A DNA stretch of 62,610 bases, filler included. It is 4 parts of 4 records of this genome, joined end to end, with 100 filler letters (N's around TTAATTAATTAA, not from the genome) between each part and the next. Parts side by side here need not be neighbours in the genome. Positions count along the whole stretch, not along the records: positions 1 to 16,879 come from SRR20825019_1539; 3 more parts are not named here. One strand, given 5' to 3'. A program made the translations under genes and the position numbers. Positions 1 through 13,757 of the stretch are shown here, one piece after another. The notes beneath the pieces are model-generated. The model was not told the DNA's origin. It did no database searches and saw nothing but the letters and a program-made list of their open reading frames with translations. The first letter of the stretch is position 1; each line of letters begins with the position of its first letter.

Positions 1-480
1 CCGGGGGGGGGGGGGGGGGCTCGTCGTGACCGCACCCGGCCTCGACTCTCTCAGTCTCGAGTGAGTGCTGTGCAGTGAGAGTGATGGTGGCGCCCGGCGC
101 CGCGCCGGGCGGGGGCGCGGTCGCCGGTCGCCGCGTCCGACTCAGGCTGGTCCAGAGGGGCCGGTCTTGGCCCAGTCCCGGTGGTGGTGTGTGTACCCGG
201 CGCGCCACTGGATCCTGGAGGATCTTCAAATTTAATTTATAGATAAACCGTATCTCCCCGCACAAAAGTACAGAATCACTATAGATTCACCCTAAGGGCC
301 CGATGACAGCCTCGCCGGGTCACGGCAGCGTGAAGGGGCTGAGACCGGGCGGCGGGCGGGAGACTCTCCGGGGCCCGCGGGCGGCCGGGCCGGGGCCGCC
401 TACCCCCGGGCGCAGCCCCGGGCCGTTCGGCGAACCGGTGTTTCATTGTCAGTACACTTCTCCGCCAGAGCCGGCGGAAC
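1..480. promoter_or_regulatory. GC-rich island upstream of the DUF89 gene
   Basis: Very GC-rich, with ctcgactctctcagtctcgagtgagtg. Same character as the other upstream islands. Confidence 0.4.
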
Positions 481-692
481 TGGGAACGCTATCTCCGCCG
501 GCCCTCAGTGCTTCCCCTCCATCACCTCCATCCCCCCCTCCCCACACACAAAAACTCCCGCATGACTTCTCCCCATAGCTGGCACCTGCTCAGTTTAACT
601 GGGTACTTGGCTGTCAGGGGCATCACTGGCGCCACAGGCGTATATTAACTAAATAGTTGAAGGGAAGATACACATACACCGTTTCAGCGGGA

Positions 693-2399
693 ATGAGCGC
701 GTTTCCAGAGCAACATCGCCGGATCAGGACAAGCAAGGATGACAGTGCATTCGCACACTACACCATAGTGGTATGGGCCTTCCGCAGCCGATACCCGGGA
801 GAGTTCTAACCGGTAGTTCTTATGCCACCTCTACAGTCCCGACTCCCGGTGATTGCACGGAACGTGGTCAGCGACAACACCAGCAAGCTGGACGAGGAGG
901 CGAAAGCCCGCGTGGAGGCTGTGGCGAAGGAGTTTGAGCAGGGGGCAGCGGTCCATGCAGTAGAGGATGACCATCTGAGGTCCTCCCAAGCGGATGTGAT
1001 GTGGCCCTACGACGCGAAGGCAATGGATGGTGAGTGTGCTGCAGCGTCGCTACAGTGCCAGCTAAAGGATATTCAGGGCACCTGGGCAAGTGTGTGGCAG
1101 ATGAGGAGTGGCTGTGGGTGAGTGGGCAACTGAGGCTTGGAAGGGGGGCACGGTGGAGGAGACTGATGCTGTAGAAGGTGGAATCCTACTTTTACCGTTT
1201 GTTGTTGACCGCGACCAAGTACTTCAACGGAAATCCACTTGACATATTCAAAGTCCCCAAGGTGCGACAGGGCTGGCGCTGCAGAAGGGAGATGCCTCAT
1301 GATACGTTTGTGCAGCTGAAGGCCCTGGAAGACGGCATGTCACTCGTCCGTCAGAACGCGCCGGGGTCCAACGCCGCTGCCCAGCAGGCGAGGGGCGCGA
1401 GCGATGCTGCTCTCATGACCGCTCTGACCAACTCGTTATGGGGTAACCAGGTGTGGCCGTGGTCCGCTGAGGGGTGCCGTGGAGCTGACGATTGCAGGTG
1501 GACCTCTGCTTCTGGAATGAGGGCGACGAGGAGAAGCCGTCTAAGGGTGCCGCGGATATATCGAAAAAGGCCGAGGCAGGGAGCAGCGCCAGTGCCATCC
1601 TGTGTGACGCCCGCGCCGAAATCCTCTCCTATCTAAGGAAGGTTGCGGCGGCGGGGCGTCCGCGGGTGACCTTCATTCTGGACAACAGGTAGGTGGCACT
1701 GTGTGACTTACCGTGGGGGACCGAGGCTTGCTAAACGCGCGGTGATGTAGCGGGCCAGAGCTGTTGTGTGACCTGTTCCTTGGGGACCTGCTGGTGACCG
1801 CATTGGGCGCCGAGGTGACTTACCACGTCAAGCCCCATCCGTACTACGTCTCCGACGTCAACGCTTCGGACATTGACGACACAGTGGCAAGATTGGCAGA
1901 GGAGACCGACGCACAGGTGGCGGACGTGGGCAAGCGGTGGCAGGGGCACCTGGATTCCGGTTGCTGGCGGGTACGCACACACGCGTTCTGGTGCGCGCCG
2001 GAGCCGTTCCACATGATGCCCGAAGATCTGAGGAAAGGTAATGGCGATAGGCATTGTCGTCCATATGCGCTAACTGCGGTTCGTAGAACTCGAGGGGTAC
2101 GACCTAGCTTTCTCCAAGGGTGACCTTAACTATCGCAAGATCGTTGCGGATCTGTGGTGGCCGGAGACTGCCCCCTTTGCCGAGGCCTCCGGGCACTTCC
2201 CGAGCAAGGCACTCGCGGCCCTGCGCGTGTGCAAGAGCAACACCGTGGTGGGCCTGGCCGATGGGTGGGTGATGCGCGGTTGCGGTTCCGTGCGGTTACT
2301 GATGGGAGAGGCTGCAGCATGAAGGAGAGGCTAGACGGGGCGGACCCCGAATGGCGCGTCAATGGCAAGTACGCGGTGGCAGAGCTGTTCCTTCGATAG
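693..2399 (+). CDS. Damage-control phosphatase, DUF89/ARMT1-like (multi-exon)
   Basis: The spliced reading gives family motifs in order: SAFAHYTIV, WLWVESYFYRLL, SLWGNQVDL, FILDNSGPELLCDL, YHVKPHPYYVSDV, FWCAP, KGDLNYRKIV, LRVCKSNTVVGL, WRVNGKYAV. ATG at 693, TAG at 2397-2399, short GT-AG introns. Confidence 0.88.
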
Positions 2400-2552
2400 C
2401 CAGCTCCAATGCAAGTTATTGCGGAGGGGACAGTGTGGTAAATCACCTAAGCATCCTACTGGCGGAGGTGCCAGGCGTGACGGCGTGACCGGGTGATCGT
2501 GTCAATTGTTGTTTATCTATTGAGCCTCCGTCATATCCGTGAAATTTCCGCA

Positions 2553-5500
2553 TCACACGTAGTCCGGTTTCTTCTCGTCAAGAACGCTGAGTGATTCCCG
2601 CAGCTCCCTCTCCACTTCGTCCGACAGTTGTCTTTGCTCGCCACTGCAATCCGAGGCATTCGTGGTCACGCGTCGTGACGCCACCACGCCCGCATCCACC
2701 TCAGAAGCGCCATACGGCCATTGCATTCGGACTTGCGACGTCACTTGTTCCATCTCCTCCCTCTTCTGCCGCTCTTTCTCAGCCCGGGCTCTAGCCTCCT
2801 CCCGGCGCTTCTCCTTGAGCCGCTGTTCTTCATCAAATGCCTCCAGAGCATCCGCCAGGAACTTGGGATGGATCCGGCGGTTGGCCAGAATATTCCGGTA
2901 GTGGCGCTTCTTGAGGATAATTTTCTTTTCTGGAGGAGGCGGGACTGCCTTTGGAGGCTCAGGGGCCAGGGCGTTGATCATACCGAACACCGGCTTGAGC
3001 TTGTTAATCTTGTCCCGGAAGTTTGTCCTGCGCATGACGAACGGCACGGGGCGGCGGGAAACGGGGTCGAAGTTCACATCCCACATGCTGCCCCGGGTCG
3101 ACGCTTGAATCACGTCCGTTACGATTTGCCCCGCGCCACAGCCCATGCGATCCGTTCCATACGCGAGGTTTCGTGCTTGGCCGTTCAGTGAGAAAGTCCG
3201 GGTCAGCGAAAGATCCGCGCCCTCCTGGGACCTCTGAGCCGTGGAATAGTCTATGCTAGCCTCCCGGCCTCTCTGCTTGCGCATCGTCTTAATATCCTGT
3301 GGAACCAGTGCGCGGAGGGAGGGCACGTGGCGAATCACCACCTCTCGGCTAGAGGCGGTTTCCTTGGATTTCGTCGCCTCGGCACCATCGAACTCCCCAA
3401 TTATACCACGCGTCACCTCAGAGGCATCCTGATCCTTCCCCTTGTGCTCCACAATGTGCCGCGCGATATCTGCACAAGAACATCGTTAGACCATCGTAGA
3501 CGTGATATCCGCACACATACCCTCCAAAATCTCGGTCATTGCGCGGATATCACGTAGCCTCTTCTCTCGCCGCTTCTTCCGAATCGCAGCCTGTTAGGAC
3601 AGCGTGAGCCACTCACACTGCCGACTCTCAGACAGCATGGGAAACCTACCTTTTTGGGATACGCAAGATCAATATGGTCCCCGGAGTCGAGGGGCCCGGC
3701 GGCGGCCCGGTGGGCTGACAGTTCCATGATGCGCAACTGGTTGCGGTAGAAATGACTGTCATGCACCTTTCTGACCGACTGGCTGATGTAATCCTCGTTG
3801 TAACCTCCGCCATGCAATGGAATGTGGATGCCCCGTTCAATCTTTTCCATCTTCGAATTAAGCTGGGTGATACCCGGCTTGTCGCCGGCCCGCAAATGGT
3901 CACGAAGGCGGGCGGCAACCTTAGACTCCTCAGTCCTCGGCCTCTGGCTACTCGCGGGTCTCTGTTCCGACTTGGCTTCCTCCGTGGGCCACTGTGACAG
4001 GTCCAAGTCGTCCGTCTCTCCGCTGAACGAAACTTTTTTCTTCTCCTCAGGGAAATCTCCGATAGAGTCGTCCTCCTTAGCACCCTTGGATTCGGTGCGG
4101 TGACTTCCGACCGAGATCACACTGGCACGGGGGCTGATGCCACCATGCACTGCTCCGCTATCAGCGACCACTTCCACCCCGGGTGTAGCTTCTCCGCTCA
4201 TCAGGCCACCATCACCGGCCACGGTGGCAGCCTCCCTGCTGGCAGAGTTGATGAGTGAACGCACACTCATGATAGGGGCCTCGCGCTTCATCGTCCGTAC
4301 AAGCCGCAAGGCATCATCAGCAACGCTATTGTCAAGTGTCCTGCCGCGCTCCTCCAGTGGAGTGCCTAGATATACGCTGGCGAGTTTGTAGATATGAGGC
4401 TTGTCCTTCCTGAACGCCTTCCTCGCAGTACTGTACTTCAACGAGTTGAATTTCTCAGCGTTCTCCATCATGTCGATCTCCTCCTTTTTGAGCTGCTTGA
4501 GCTCAGACCGCAATACCCGCGCCGTTGACGTGCTGACGTGTGTGGCTGGGGGGAGCGGCGTGTAAAACGATTGAGCCATCTTGTTGGAGTGGTGCTCCTG
4601 CAAGTCAATGCATAAGCTAACCCTGACCGAGGAGGCATCGATGGTGACAACAGCCTACCTTAACAGCGCTGGTGAGATTGATGAGATCGTCGAAGGTGTT
4701 AATGGGTTTCTCCTCGGCCCGGCGGAACATCCCGTGCCGCCGGAGCCACCTACGCCGAGTGCGCGCCTTACGCTTTGTATAGGCCGTAATCTTTGCTCTT
4801 GTTTTCGGAGGCAGGATGGTGAGCGGTGAGAGGAAAAGGTGTTTGGGCATGTGGCGTGGCGATACCAGCCGCACCTCGGACTGGTAGAAGTCATCATATG
4901 GCGAGGCAACCCCTGTCTCCGCCGACGAGCGTTTGTCGTGCCATCGCCTACGCAAACGTCAGTGCGCATTTGTGACAGAGGACGCACCCACTCACTTAAA
5001 CTTAGGGAGAGGAGGACCATTCTTGCGCGCCAGCTGTGCCTTCATTTCCGCAATTATTCTGAAATTCTCGCGGAATATACGAGTCCGCCGCCGTGCTTCG
5101 GCCTCAACGAGCATCCTCCTTTGGGCCTCGCGGTCAGCGGCCACTTGTCTGCGATAAAAGCGCAATGAGAACACACCCGCAGTGCAGAACGGCATGCCAC
5201 CTACCCAGGAGTTCGTGTATCCGGCTTCTCTCGAGCCTTGACAAGATCAAGGTGATCTGCGCCTTCCACCACCACCTTCACAAACTTGCCTCCCCCTGTG
5301 CCAAGTAGCTGTCAGTCAAGGACCAAGATAAAGTGGCATTCCACTTACCAACTCGGGGCTTCAGATACTTATCTCCGCGCTCCACATCGTACTTGGCGGG
5401 TCCGGGCGAACGGACAATCTTTTGGGCCACATTGAACTCATTCAAAATTGTGGTTTGCCTTGAGGAATGTCGTTGTTAGAATTATCTGACCAAGTGGGGC

Positions 5501-8500
5501 CACGTTTCGGCACGGGGGCTTTCCGCTGCCTACCTGTCATCCGACGTGCTCAGGAGGGGGGATCGCACACTCGGGCGGACCGCACGATCAATGTCGTATA
5601 TTTCTCCAAAGCCTTGGTGCTTGCTGTAATGTGGTCAGTCAACCCCGCCCGTGCATTGCTACAGCCGCACTCACTTTTGCTTCGCATATTCGTATTCCTG
5701 CCAGTAGTCATCATAGTCCTCATCGTCATCGTCAAGAGGCTCGGATGACCCCGGGGGCGCCGCGTCTTTGATTGTATCGGAAAATCCACGCATTGCCTCC
5801 GCAGCGGCCCTCCCGCTCCCTCCACCTCCATTCATTGCCGCATAAGAGCCAATCCCACCTCCAAATAAGGATGCACCTCCCGAACTCGGAGTTTCAGAAA
5901 CTTCAGGGGCGACTGCATGGCCGCCAAAGCTGTCCGCGGGCGTGTCGCCACTAGTGGGCGGGTTACCATTGCTGGACTTGTTGGACAAGACGGGCCCCCG
6001 GGAGGGCAGAGGAGGCTTCCCGCTTCCCCCTCCAGAGAACTTAGACGCCTTCCGCGCAACGCCCAGACCACCGGACCATTCGCTTGTGACAGATGCCTGT
6101 GATTCTTGAATAGATTTGGATGGGGCTTTCAATCCACCATCGCGCCTCGATGACTGCACCGTGCTCGCGGAGGTAGGCCGCGAAGAGCGGGAACTTGATG
6201 CATTCGTGTAGATCGTGGTCTCATCGTCGTCGCCGTCGTCGTCGTCGTCGTCATAGTCATAATCGTTACCGCCATTACCACTGTTCCCAGATGGACCCTG
6301 CCCGCAATCCATTAGGGCTTCGCACTGGATTCCAAGACTCGATGAACCCACCTGCACCGAGAAAAACTTGCGGACATTCCCGAACGACTCGTCATCGTCG
6401 TCGTCATCTACAACGGATGTCGACTCCGTCGTCGTCTCTGTCTTCAGAGCGCTTCCTGTCACCGAAGCGGAACCTTCACCTAGTCACGTGTTAGCAAAAC
6501 TGAACAAATGCTGCAAGGGTTAGCCTTACTCTTAACAAGAGAGGTTTGCGAGAATTTTTTCATGAGAAGGTTGCCCTTCTCGGCTTCTTCCCTCTCCCTT
6601 TCTTCCCGCTCCCTCTCCCTCCGCTCCTCCTGTCGCACCCAACCCTGTCAGAACCATTCCGCAACCCCCCTCACACTCACATCTTCCTTCCGCAATCTAT
6701 TCACTATATGGTCCTCCGGGGGTCCAGCGCGTGGTCCTCTTCCGGCCGCTGCATCATCCGAGGTCATATCAGTGTCAGAGGAGCTGGAGCTCCGTGAGGA
6801 CTTGTCCGCCTCCTGGCCGCCGTCGCTCGGGCTTGCAATGCCCACCACTGTCGAATTTTCAAGCCGCTTGGAAATTTCCTCGATTTTGGCGATGTGGTCG
6901 TTGACAATTTCATCTTTCCGGACTGTGTCGACGGTGCTCGTACCGTCGTCGACATTGTCATCGTCTTCATCACCACCCACATCATCCTTCTTATTGCCAT
7001 CACTATCATCATCGCTGAGATACTCAAACCATTCACTGTCGTCGCTATCACACTCTCCATTACCACGCGTGGCCTCTCTTTCCGGCTGTGGCTGTGGGAT
7101 TACCGCAATTCCTTCAGTATCCTTGGTTTTGGGCTCGGCGGGCGGGTCAGGGCGCTTGTCAAAGTGATTCCTTACGTAAGGAACCCACGACGAGTCCGTC
7201 ACATTGGTCCTGTCCGTCGGTACATTCTCCACATCATCACCCTTTTGGTGCTTCCGTTTGTGCTTCTTGTCCTTCTTGATCACACCCGACAGGTCGAGTT
7301 GCAGTGTACTCATGTCAACAGGCCGCGGAAATCCGGGGCTGGGGACTGTTGGCACAGTGCGCTTCAGGGCAGCAGTCCGTGGCCGTGAAGGTTCATGGCG
7401 CACGGAGTCCGTTCGGTTCAGATCAAAGGTGACCTTGGATTTCATACTAGCAGACTGCGGTCTCTTGGCAGACGTTTCATATGATGGGATAGCTTCCTCC
7501 GCGAGCGAGGTCTCGATGGGCGCTGTGGATGTCTCCGAGGTGCCGATCGACTGCATGGATACATGAGTGCTGCTACCATCCAAGAACAAGAAATCTTCGT
7601 CGTCATGCAGCATCATTTCTTGCTCGTCCTCCTCGCTGGATGCACTGTCGAACTCGGCTATGTTGAACGGAGGGAATGGAAGCACCATTCCATTGGCGTG
7701 GCGGTACCATCTCAGCACCCGAGTGTGCATCCTCAGTCCTTTCTCGATCGGTGCCTTTGTTCGCCGCACGGAATCAATGCTGAAGTCGGCAGCATTCGTC
7801 ATGCGGCCATAGTTCATGGCGTGAGGGGAGCAGACAATATCATACAGGCTATGGTCGGGACGAATGGTACGCCTGGCGTAGCTGTCCTCCGGGGTTGACT
7901 CTTGCTCAAACAACTCCTTGAGGTGGGATGCCCTTGTCATCATCTTGCGTTCATTCCACCACTGGCGATGGACAGAGCGATATTTGGTTGGTTCCGACGC
8001 CTTTCCCAGAAGATCATACACCCGCAGTGTGCCTTCTGTGTGGTGATGCTGCATGGTTGCGTTGATGCGACTGCGCCGGGTGCTATCGGACAATACTGAC
8101 GAACGCCTAGGGCGAGATGTTGGTGATGCAATGGCCTCCGTCTCAGTGCCATCCCGGGATGCCGGAACTATGCCGCGCTTGGGGAGTGCATTCTTGGCGC
8201 CTTCACTCCCGAACCCCTCCCGTTCCACCTGGGGAATCGCCATGCTGACCTTAGAGGCGTAGATCGAGGTGACACTGAGATTGGCCATGAGTGGCTCGGC
8301 AGGGGTCCCGCCAGTGTGCATAGGGCTGCCGTGTTTCTTCTTCTTCTTGACTTTGGGCGAATGTTCGAATGTGGACGGCGAGGAGGCAGGTCGCACGATC
8401 GTCTTGCTCAGCCCTTGGTCTACCGGTTTCCTGCACGTCATATCATCAACACTAGCCCCATAAACAGCAGCAAACCCACTTACGTCCTTGTGACACCTGC

Positions 8501-9303
8501 GCTCGGAGGGGCGTGATTGAGCCACTCCGACCCTGGTACTCTGCTCCGTCCATCCGCTTCCAGCTCCACCTTCCCTCGCCTTTGCGCATGAACATCGATG
8601 ACTCCAATGCCGTGACCCGTGCCGCCTATTGCACTTCCCGTGCCCGCTCCCATCACCACCGGCCCGCCACCCGTGGAAACACGTGAGCCTTGGCCGCTGG
8701 TTTGCCTCTTCTTTCCTTTGTCTGAAGTCGCTCGCACAACACCGGCAGTCCGCGGTCGAATCACCTTGCCCGGTGGAGTGGCTCTGACCAGCGGCGCTAC
8801 GTGAGAGACAGAGCGACTCAGGATTGGCTCCACGGTGTCATTCAGGTTGGGTTGGGGGTTGGGAACCGCACCAAGGGGCTTTTTGACCGCGGTGGACGGC
8901 CGCTGACCCTTCTTCAACGGCGTGTTGAATGGTGACCCCGGTCTCAGACGCTCGGATATTGCCCCTGCGGTGCCCGGCCGAGCGCGAGTGACTTTGTTGG
9001 GAGACGACTGGGACGCCAGCGGGTAGGTCGATGCAAGCTCAGTGGCGGCCTGGCCTGGGAGCTCAGCGGACACCACTTGCAGTGGCCCCGGGCTTGGGCT
9101 GGCGGCCGAGCCCCACTTACATCTGTCCTTGTCTAGAACGAAGACCATGCTCCGGACTACCCCAGCGGCGGAACAGCCATCGTCATCGCCTGTGGCACGG
9201 TGTGCGCGCTGCCGTCTGTTTTTCCGTAAGATTTACCTCTTGGAACGGAGCGATATATGCACAACTCCCATGGTCCTCCCCTCGATGGCCGACGAGACTC
9301 CAT
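2553..9303 (-). CDS. Very large (about 2000 aa) low-complexity protein of unknown function with SHIPPO/PG-rich-like motifs (multi-exon)
   Basis: ORFs 8480-9148, 6648-8525, 5671-6462, 4992-5195, 4617-4955, 3536-4603 and 2553-3452 join in frame through canonical short introns. The product is S/P/R-rich with acidic tracts and an internal RSPGPAKYDVERG motif near 5370-5420. The start is approximate. Confidence 0.62.
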
Positions 9304-9419
9304 TGCCGTCAGCGCTGCACGTGAGTCCCACCATGCTGTCGTCCCAGCCTCCCCGCAATACTGCCGACAAAACCATGGCGACGACCAGGATAGGACGTCG
9401 GCCAGACGCTGGGCTTCCG

Positions 9420-9955
9420 TCCGATGGCGGTCTGCTCGGCCGGGCCGCTACTGACCGGGCGGCGCGCTAGGGCACTGCAGGCCGGGCCCCGGTCTCACTG
9501 CCACTCGATCGAGCCCGGGAGCCCGGCAGAGCCGGCCATGACTTGGGAGCAAGGTCGCCAGTGCCGGAGGGAGCGGAACCCGCCTCCCGCGCCGCCGGCT
9601 TCCGGCATCACGACTGCCAGCGAAGCCTTACGGCCTTCGGACTACGCGGGGCCGGGCCGCGCCCTCGCGAGTCGGCACGACGACTCAGGCCCCGCCGGCC
9701 CCAGCTTAGGTGGCTGGGTGGCAGGCCCAGGCCGCCGGACCGCCGGGGCCGGCCGGGCTGAGGGCGCGGGCCGCGGCGAGGTGGCCGTCACCTGGCCGTC
9801 AGGGCGGGCCCGGGCGCGCCCTAGAGCCGCCTTGGCTTCGCAGCTCGTCCGGACTCGGAGTGCCGTAGCAGTCAGTGAGCCCGGCCCGGGCGCCGGCCGA
9901 CGCCAGGCCGACCGGACCGGACCGGACGCCGGCCCGCGCGCCGGGCCGGCGTGAG
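9420..9955. promoter_or_regulatory. GC-rich island between divergent genes
   Basis: GGCC/CCGG-rich with repeated GAGT/ACTC words, between the starts at 9303(-) and 10437(+). Confidence 0.45.
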
Positions 9956-10436
9956 ATAGACGTTGCATAGAGAACAAGTACGAATACGAGCGGTTAGGCC
10001 CGATGTTTGAGAACTTTCCCGTGCCCGTTTCCGATTGGGACTCGATCAATTGAACTCTTTTCACGTCGATTCATGATCAACCTCATACACCCCTTCAACG
10101 GCACCGTCGGGACCCTGACCGGCGGGGCGCCGGTCGTCGTTCGAGCATGTCCCAGAGCAGTCCAGCACTGGATCTGGCCCGGCCGTCCCGCAGAAACCTG
10201 CCGCCGGCCGTGTCGGGGCACGAAAGTTTCGCTCCAACCTCCTCGTGGCGTGGTCATGGGGTGCCGGAGAGCGTTGAGGAGCAGCTTGACGGTTGATGTC
10301 GAGTCAGCCTGGCCATCTTGATTGAGGATAGTATACTGGGGGGGCTGCCGGTTCTCGGCCGGTGCTTCCATGCTCAGGGGAAACGGTGGCACCAGCGTTA
10401 TATAGGTGGCCGAGACCATGGGAGGTGGGCAGCGCC

Positions 10437-11553
10437 ATGGCAGGACCAGTGGGTTCACCGGCTAAGAAACAGAAGGCCCCCGTGAAAGCAGGTATGATTT
10501 CAACGACAACCTCGGTTTAGCGAGCTGAAGGTACATGGTTTGCAGACTCGCCAAGATGGCTGGCGGCCAGCCCGTCCAAGGTATGGATAATAGATACAGG
10601 TGCGATGGTGAACACACTAACAGGACATACAAAAGCGGTGGGGAGAGCTGTTCTTTCTCGGGTATAGCCCTGTCTGGGTGGGAATACTGGCTGCGGTAGT
10701 AGCGACGGGCTCCTATGAGGACTTTACTGGGGCTCACTATCTTGCGCTTACCATCGGGATTGCTGTGCCGTGCTTTGTGTTCCCGTTGTTGTTTCCTGGA
10801 GAGGTTGGCCGCCCCCCTGCACCACACAGCATAGGCCATGTATTGATCCGCCCATCCGCAGGCTGATGCCAAGCTGCCCATTGTAGAGCGCTACTGGTTC
10901 AAGGCGAATGTCTATATGTGCATATACTCATTTATTGGCAATCACTTCTATACTCATTACTTCTATAACGTCCTCGGGGCCCAATACTCGATGCCTGGGC
11001 CTCGCCTCAACGATGTGCCTCTCCTCACGTAAGTTGGATGGCTGTGCTATAGCCCGTCGTCCATCTAATGTGCAGCAGACATTTCGCCACTGTACCCTAT
11101 TTCCACTTGTACCACTCCTGGAGCAACATGATGCTGCGGCGTTACTACACATCCCGGTCGTATAGCCTGGTGGGGTGCGCGGTGGTGGTATTTGCCATGG
11201 CGTACTTCACCGCCTTTATGGAGACGTTCACCATCGAGAAGTTCCCCTATTACTCTTTTACTGTGGATCGCATGCTGGTGTACAAGGTGGGCTCGATCTT
11301 CTACGGGATTTATTTCATGGTTAGCTATCCCATGTTCATTCGGTAGGTAGCGCGTATTGGCGCTGTATGTATTGTAGTAACTCAACGTCCCCAAAGCCTT
11401 GACGAGGAGCCCAAGGACAGGTGGACGGTGTCGCGCACTGCTATCGACGCACTAGGGTGCTGCATGGCGATATTCACCTTGCTAGATATCTGGCGACTCA
11501 GTGTGGGCACTCTGCCGGGCGTTGTGCCCCGCGCGTGTGTCCCGTTCGCATAA
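10437..11553 (+). CDS. CPI1: Cycloeucalenol cycloisomerase (cyclopropylsterol isomerase), multi-exon
   Basis: Spliced product WLAASPSKRWGELFFLGYSPVW...ERYWFKANVY...GNHFYTHYFYNVLGA...FMETFTIEKFPYY...VGSIFYGIYFMVSYPMFIRLDE...IDALG...LLDIWRL follows plant CPI1 along its whole length. Confidence 0.93.
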
Positions 11554-11587
11554 ACCAAATCAAATCAAGCCACTCGTAAGACAGTGG

Positions 11588-13757
11588 CTACAGCCCGACC
11601 ATACCGGATATAAAGAACTGGTCTTTCTTTCCCGCACCTTCTTCGGCCTTAGGCTGCGAACTGAGGTCATTGCGAAGGTAGTTGTTCTTGCCCTTGCTCT
11701 TGCTTCGAGCCGCGAACGGTTTCTGCTCGAGGTGCCGCCGCATGCCTGAGATATCATGCGGGTCGACAAGCGGGGGATCCGTGACTTTCTTCTTGTTCCT
11801 GTACTGCTCATCACTCTTCTCTACTGCTTTGAGTATCCCGCGCGTGTGGTTGGTGATGTCCACCCGCCTCCATGATTTGGTGTACATGACCTTGTTGGCG
11901 CCCTTCTTGAGCTCATGATGAATGGCACCGGGGTCACGCAGAGACTTTGTGTTCACATTGTCTCGATATGGATACCGCGCCTTGACTGAGTCTGCATATA
12001 GCATCTCTTCAGCGTTGTTGGTGTGCAGGGGATTTGGACGTGGGTAAAAAAGGCTAGCGTAGCTGTTTGACTTGCTCTCAGGGTCGTGAAGTGAGTACAA
12101 CTGGTCAAGGGGCGTAAGTGCTATGACAAGGAGGTGGAACACTGGGATTCACCTTTCGCTCTGGCTTGATGTAGCCGAATGCCATGGAAGGGGATTCTCC
12201 GCGCTTAGAAAGCACAGGGTCGGGCTTGACGGGGGCAATGATGACTCGGGTATGGACATCGCCATCTACGAAACAACATTAGGCTGATGAATCACAATAC
12301 AGCCATGAATATACCATCTGAGACAAGAAAAGGCGGCGTTGCACTGAACATGCCGTGGCGTTTGCGTATGCCTTTCAAGTCGGCGCGCTTACACTCAGAT
12401 TCTAAGTTGTTGAATTGCTTATCACGGATGCTACGAATGCGGTTTAGCACCGTGGCCGAATTCTCGGGAGGTTTTAAGGCGGTCCCTGTAAATGGCATTG
12501 CATGAGCACACACCCATAGCAGCAAACACGACTCTCAAGCTCACCTTGGACAAGGGAATTGTTTCCCAGCACACTCTTGGTCATCTCAAAGCTCTGCTTC
12601 ATGGATTCCAATGCCTTGCGGTGCTCGACAACTTCCATTGGATCCAGAGAACCCTCGTCGCTGGAGTAATCCTCATTGTCATATTCCCAATCATCAGGAG
12701 TTCCCATGGCCGACGTGGCGGCCTGATAATCGACAAGCCGCTGCAGGCGTTCCAGTTCCCCACGGTACATCACAGGCCGGGTAGGAATGCCTTCACCAGC
12801 AACCACGCTGCCTTCATCATACTCCCTCAGCCCGAGCACAACCGGTGCTGTCGGCGGTCTCCGCGACTGATTATTGAGGCCCGCTGAGAAGGAACGTGGC
12901 GCCACACCGGTGGGCCTAGCAGACTTCGACATAACAGAACGCCCCAGCTTAGGGAGAACGCTGTCACTCATGCGGTCAGGGCGATCCTTGGTGTTCTCGC
13001 TCTTATCGCTGATGACAGGATCGAATGCCACCCGAGGAGACGGCGTGGGAGTCCTGCGTATGTAAACCTTAGGTTCCACAGGATCGGATACAGCAACTTG
13101 CCCTTTTCCCACTTCGCCCGACCTCTCCTCTGCGGCGCTGGACTCACCGGCATCGTCGATCTTTTTGGGAGCGCCGGAAGTACCTTCGATCCCCCGCTCA
13201 CCTTGAGAGACATCCCTCACCACGGAGGGATCCGTGTCTGGAATATCGGGAGTGGCAGTAGGTGATGTTAGGGCAGGCGTGTCCGGGGACAAAAAGTCGT
13301 CTCCGTAGGACTGCTGCAGTGACTCTTTGAGTATCTGTGCTCCTAGATACGCCCCGTCCCTTCCTGGCGATGAAGCCCCGTCTCTACTCATATCACTCGC
13401 AAAACGCATTTCTCCCCCTTCCGCAACCACTCGCGCACTGGCCTTGGCTGCGCCCTCGTCCACCATCATGGCTTCCTTGTCATCCAGCGAGCTGTGTTTC
13501 GCGGTCTTGGCGGGCCGCGCAAAGTACTTCTCGTCGTCGAGTTCCATGTCGTCCCTCTCCGCAGCCTCAACAGCTCTCCCTGATATCGTTGCAAGCACCT
13601 TGTCTTCCAACAAATGGTCACGGCTTATCTTGACAGGGCTAGCTTCAACTGCTACTTGGGCCGCACTTTCTACACCACCCGTTGTCCGCGCTGAGTCAGG
13701 TCCCTCCCACTCCCGTACAGGCTCCTCGGCCGATGCAGTGGGCAGCCTCACGTCCAT
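11588..13757 (-). CDS. Hypothetical protein (multi-exon, acidic and disordered N-terminal half)
   Basis: A long first exon (ORF 12474-13757) splices via GT-AG introns into the 12292-12525 and 11588-12142 frames. No recognisable domain. Confidence 0.6.

Noticed and set aside
9424-10064. Ala/Gly/Pro/Arg-rich ORFs in the GC islands (also 303-578, 19337-20221, 49014-49400, 51498-52007)
   Set aside because: They are open on both strands because stop codons are scarce in very GC-rich DNA, and have no motifs or splice support.
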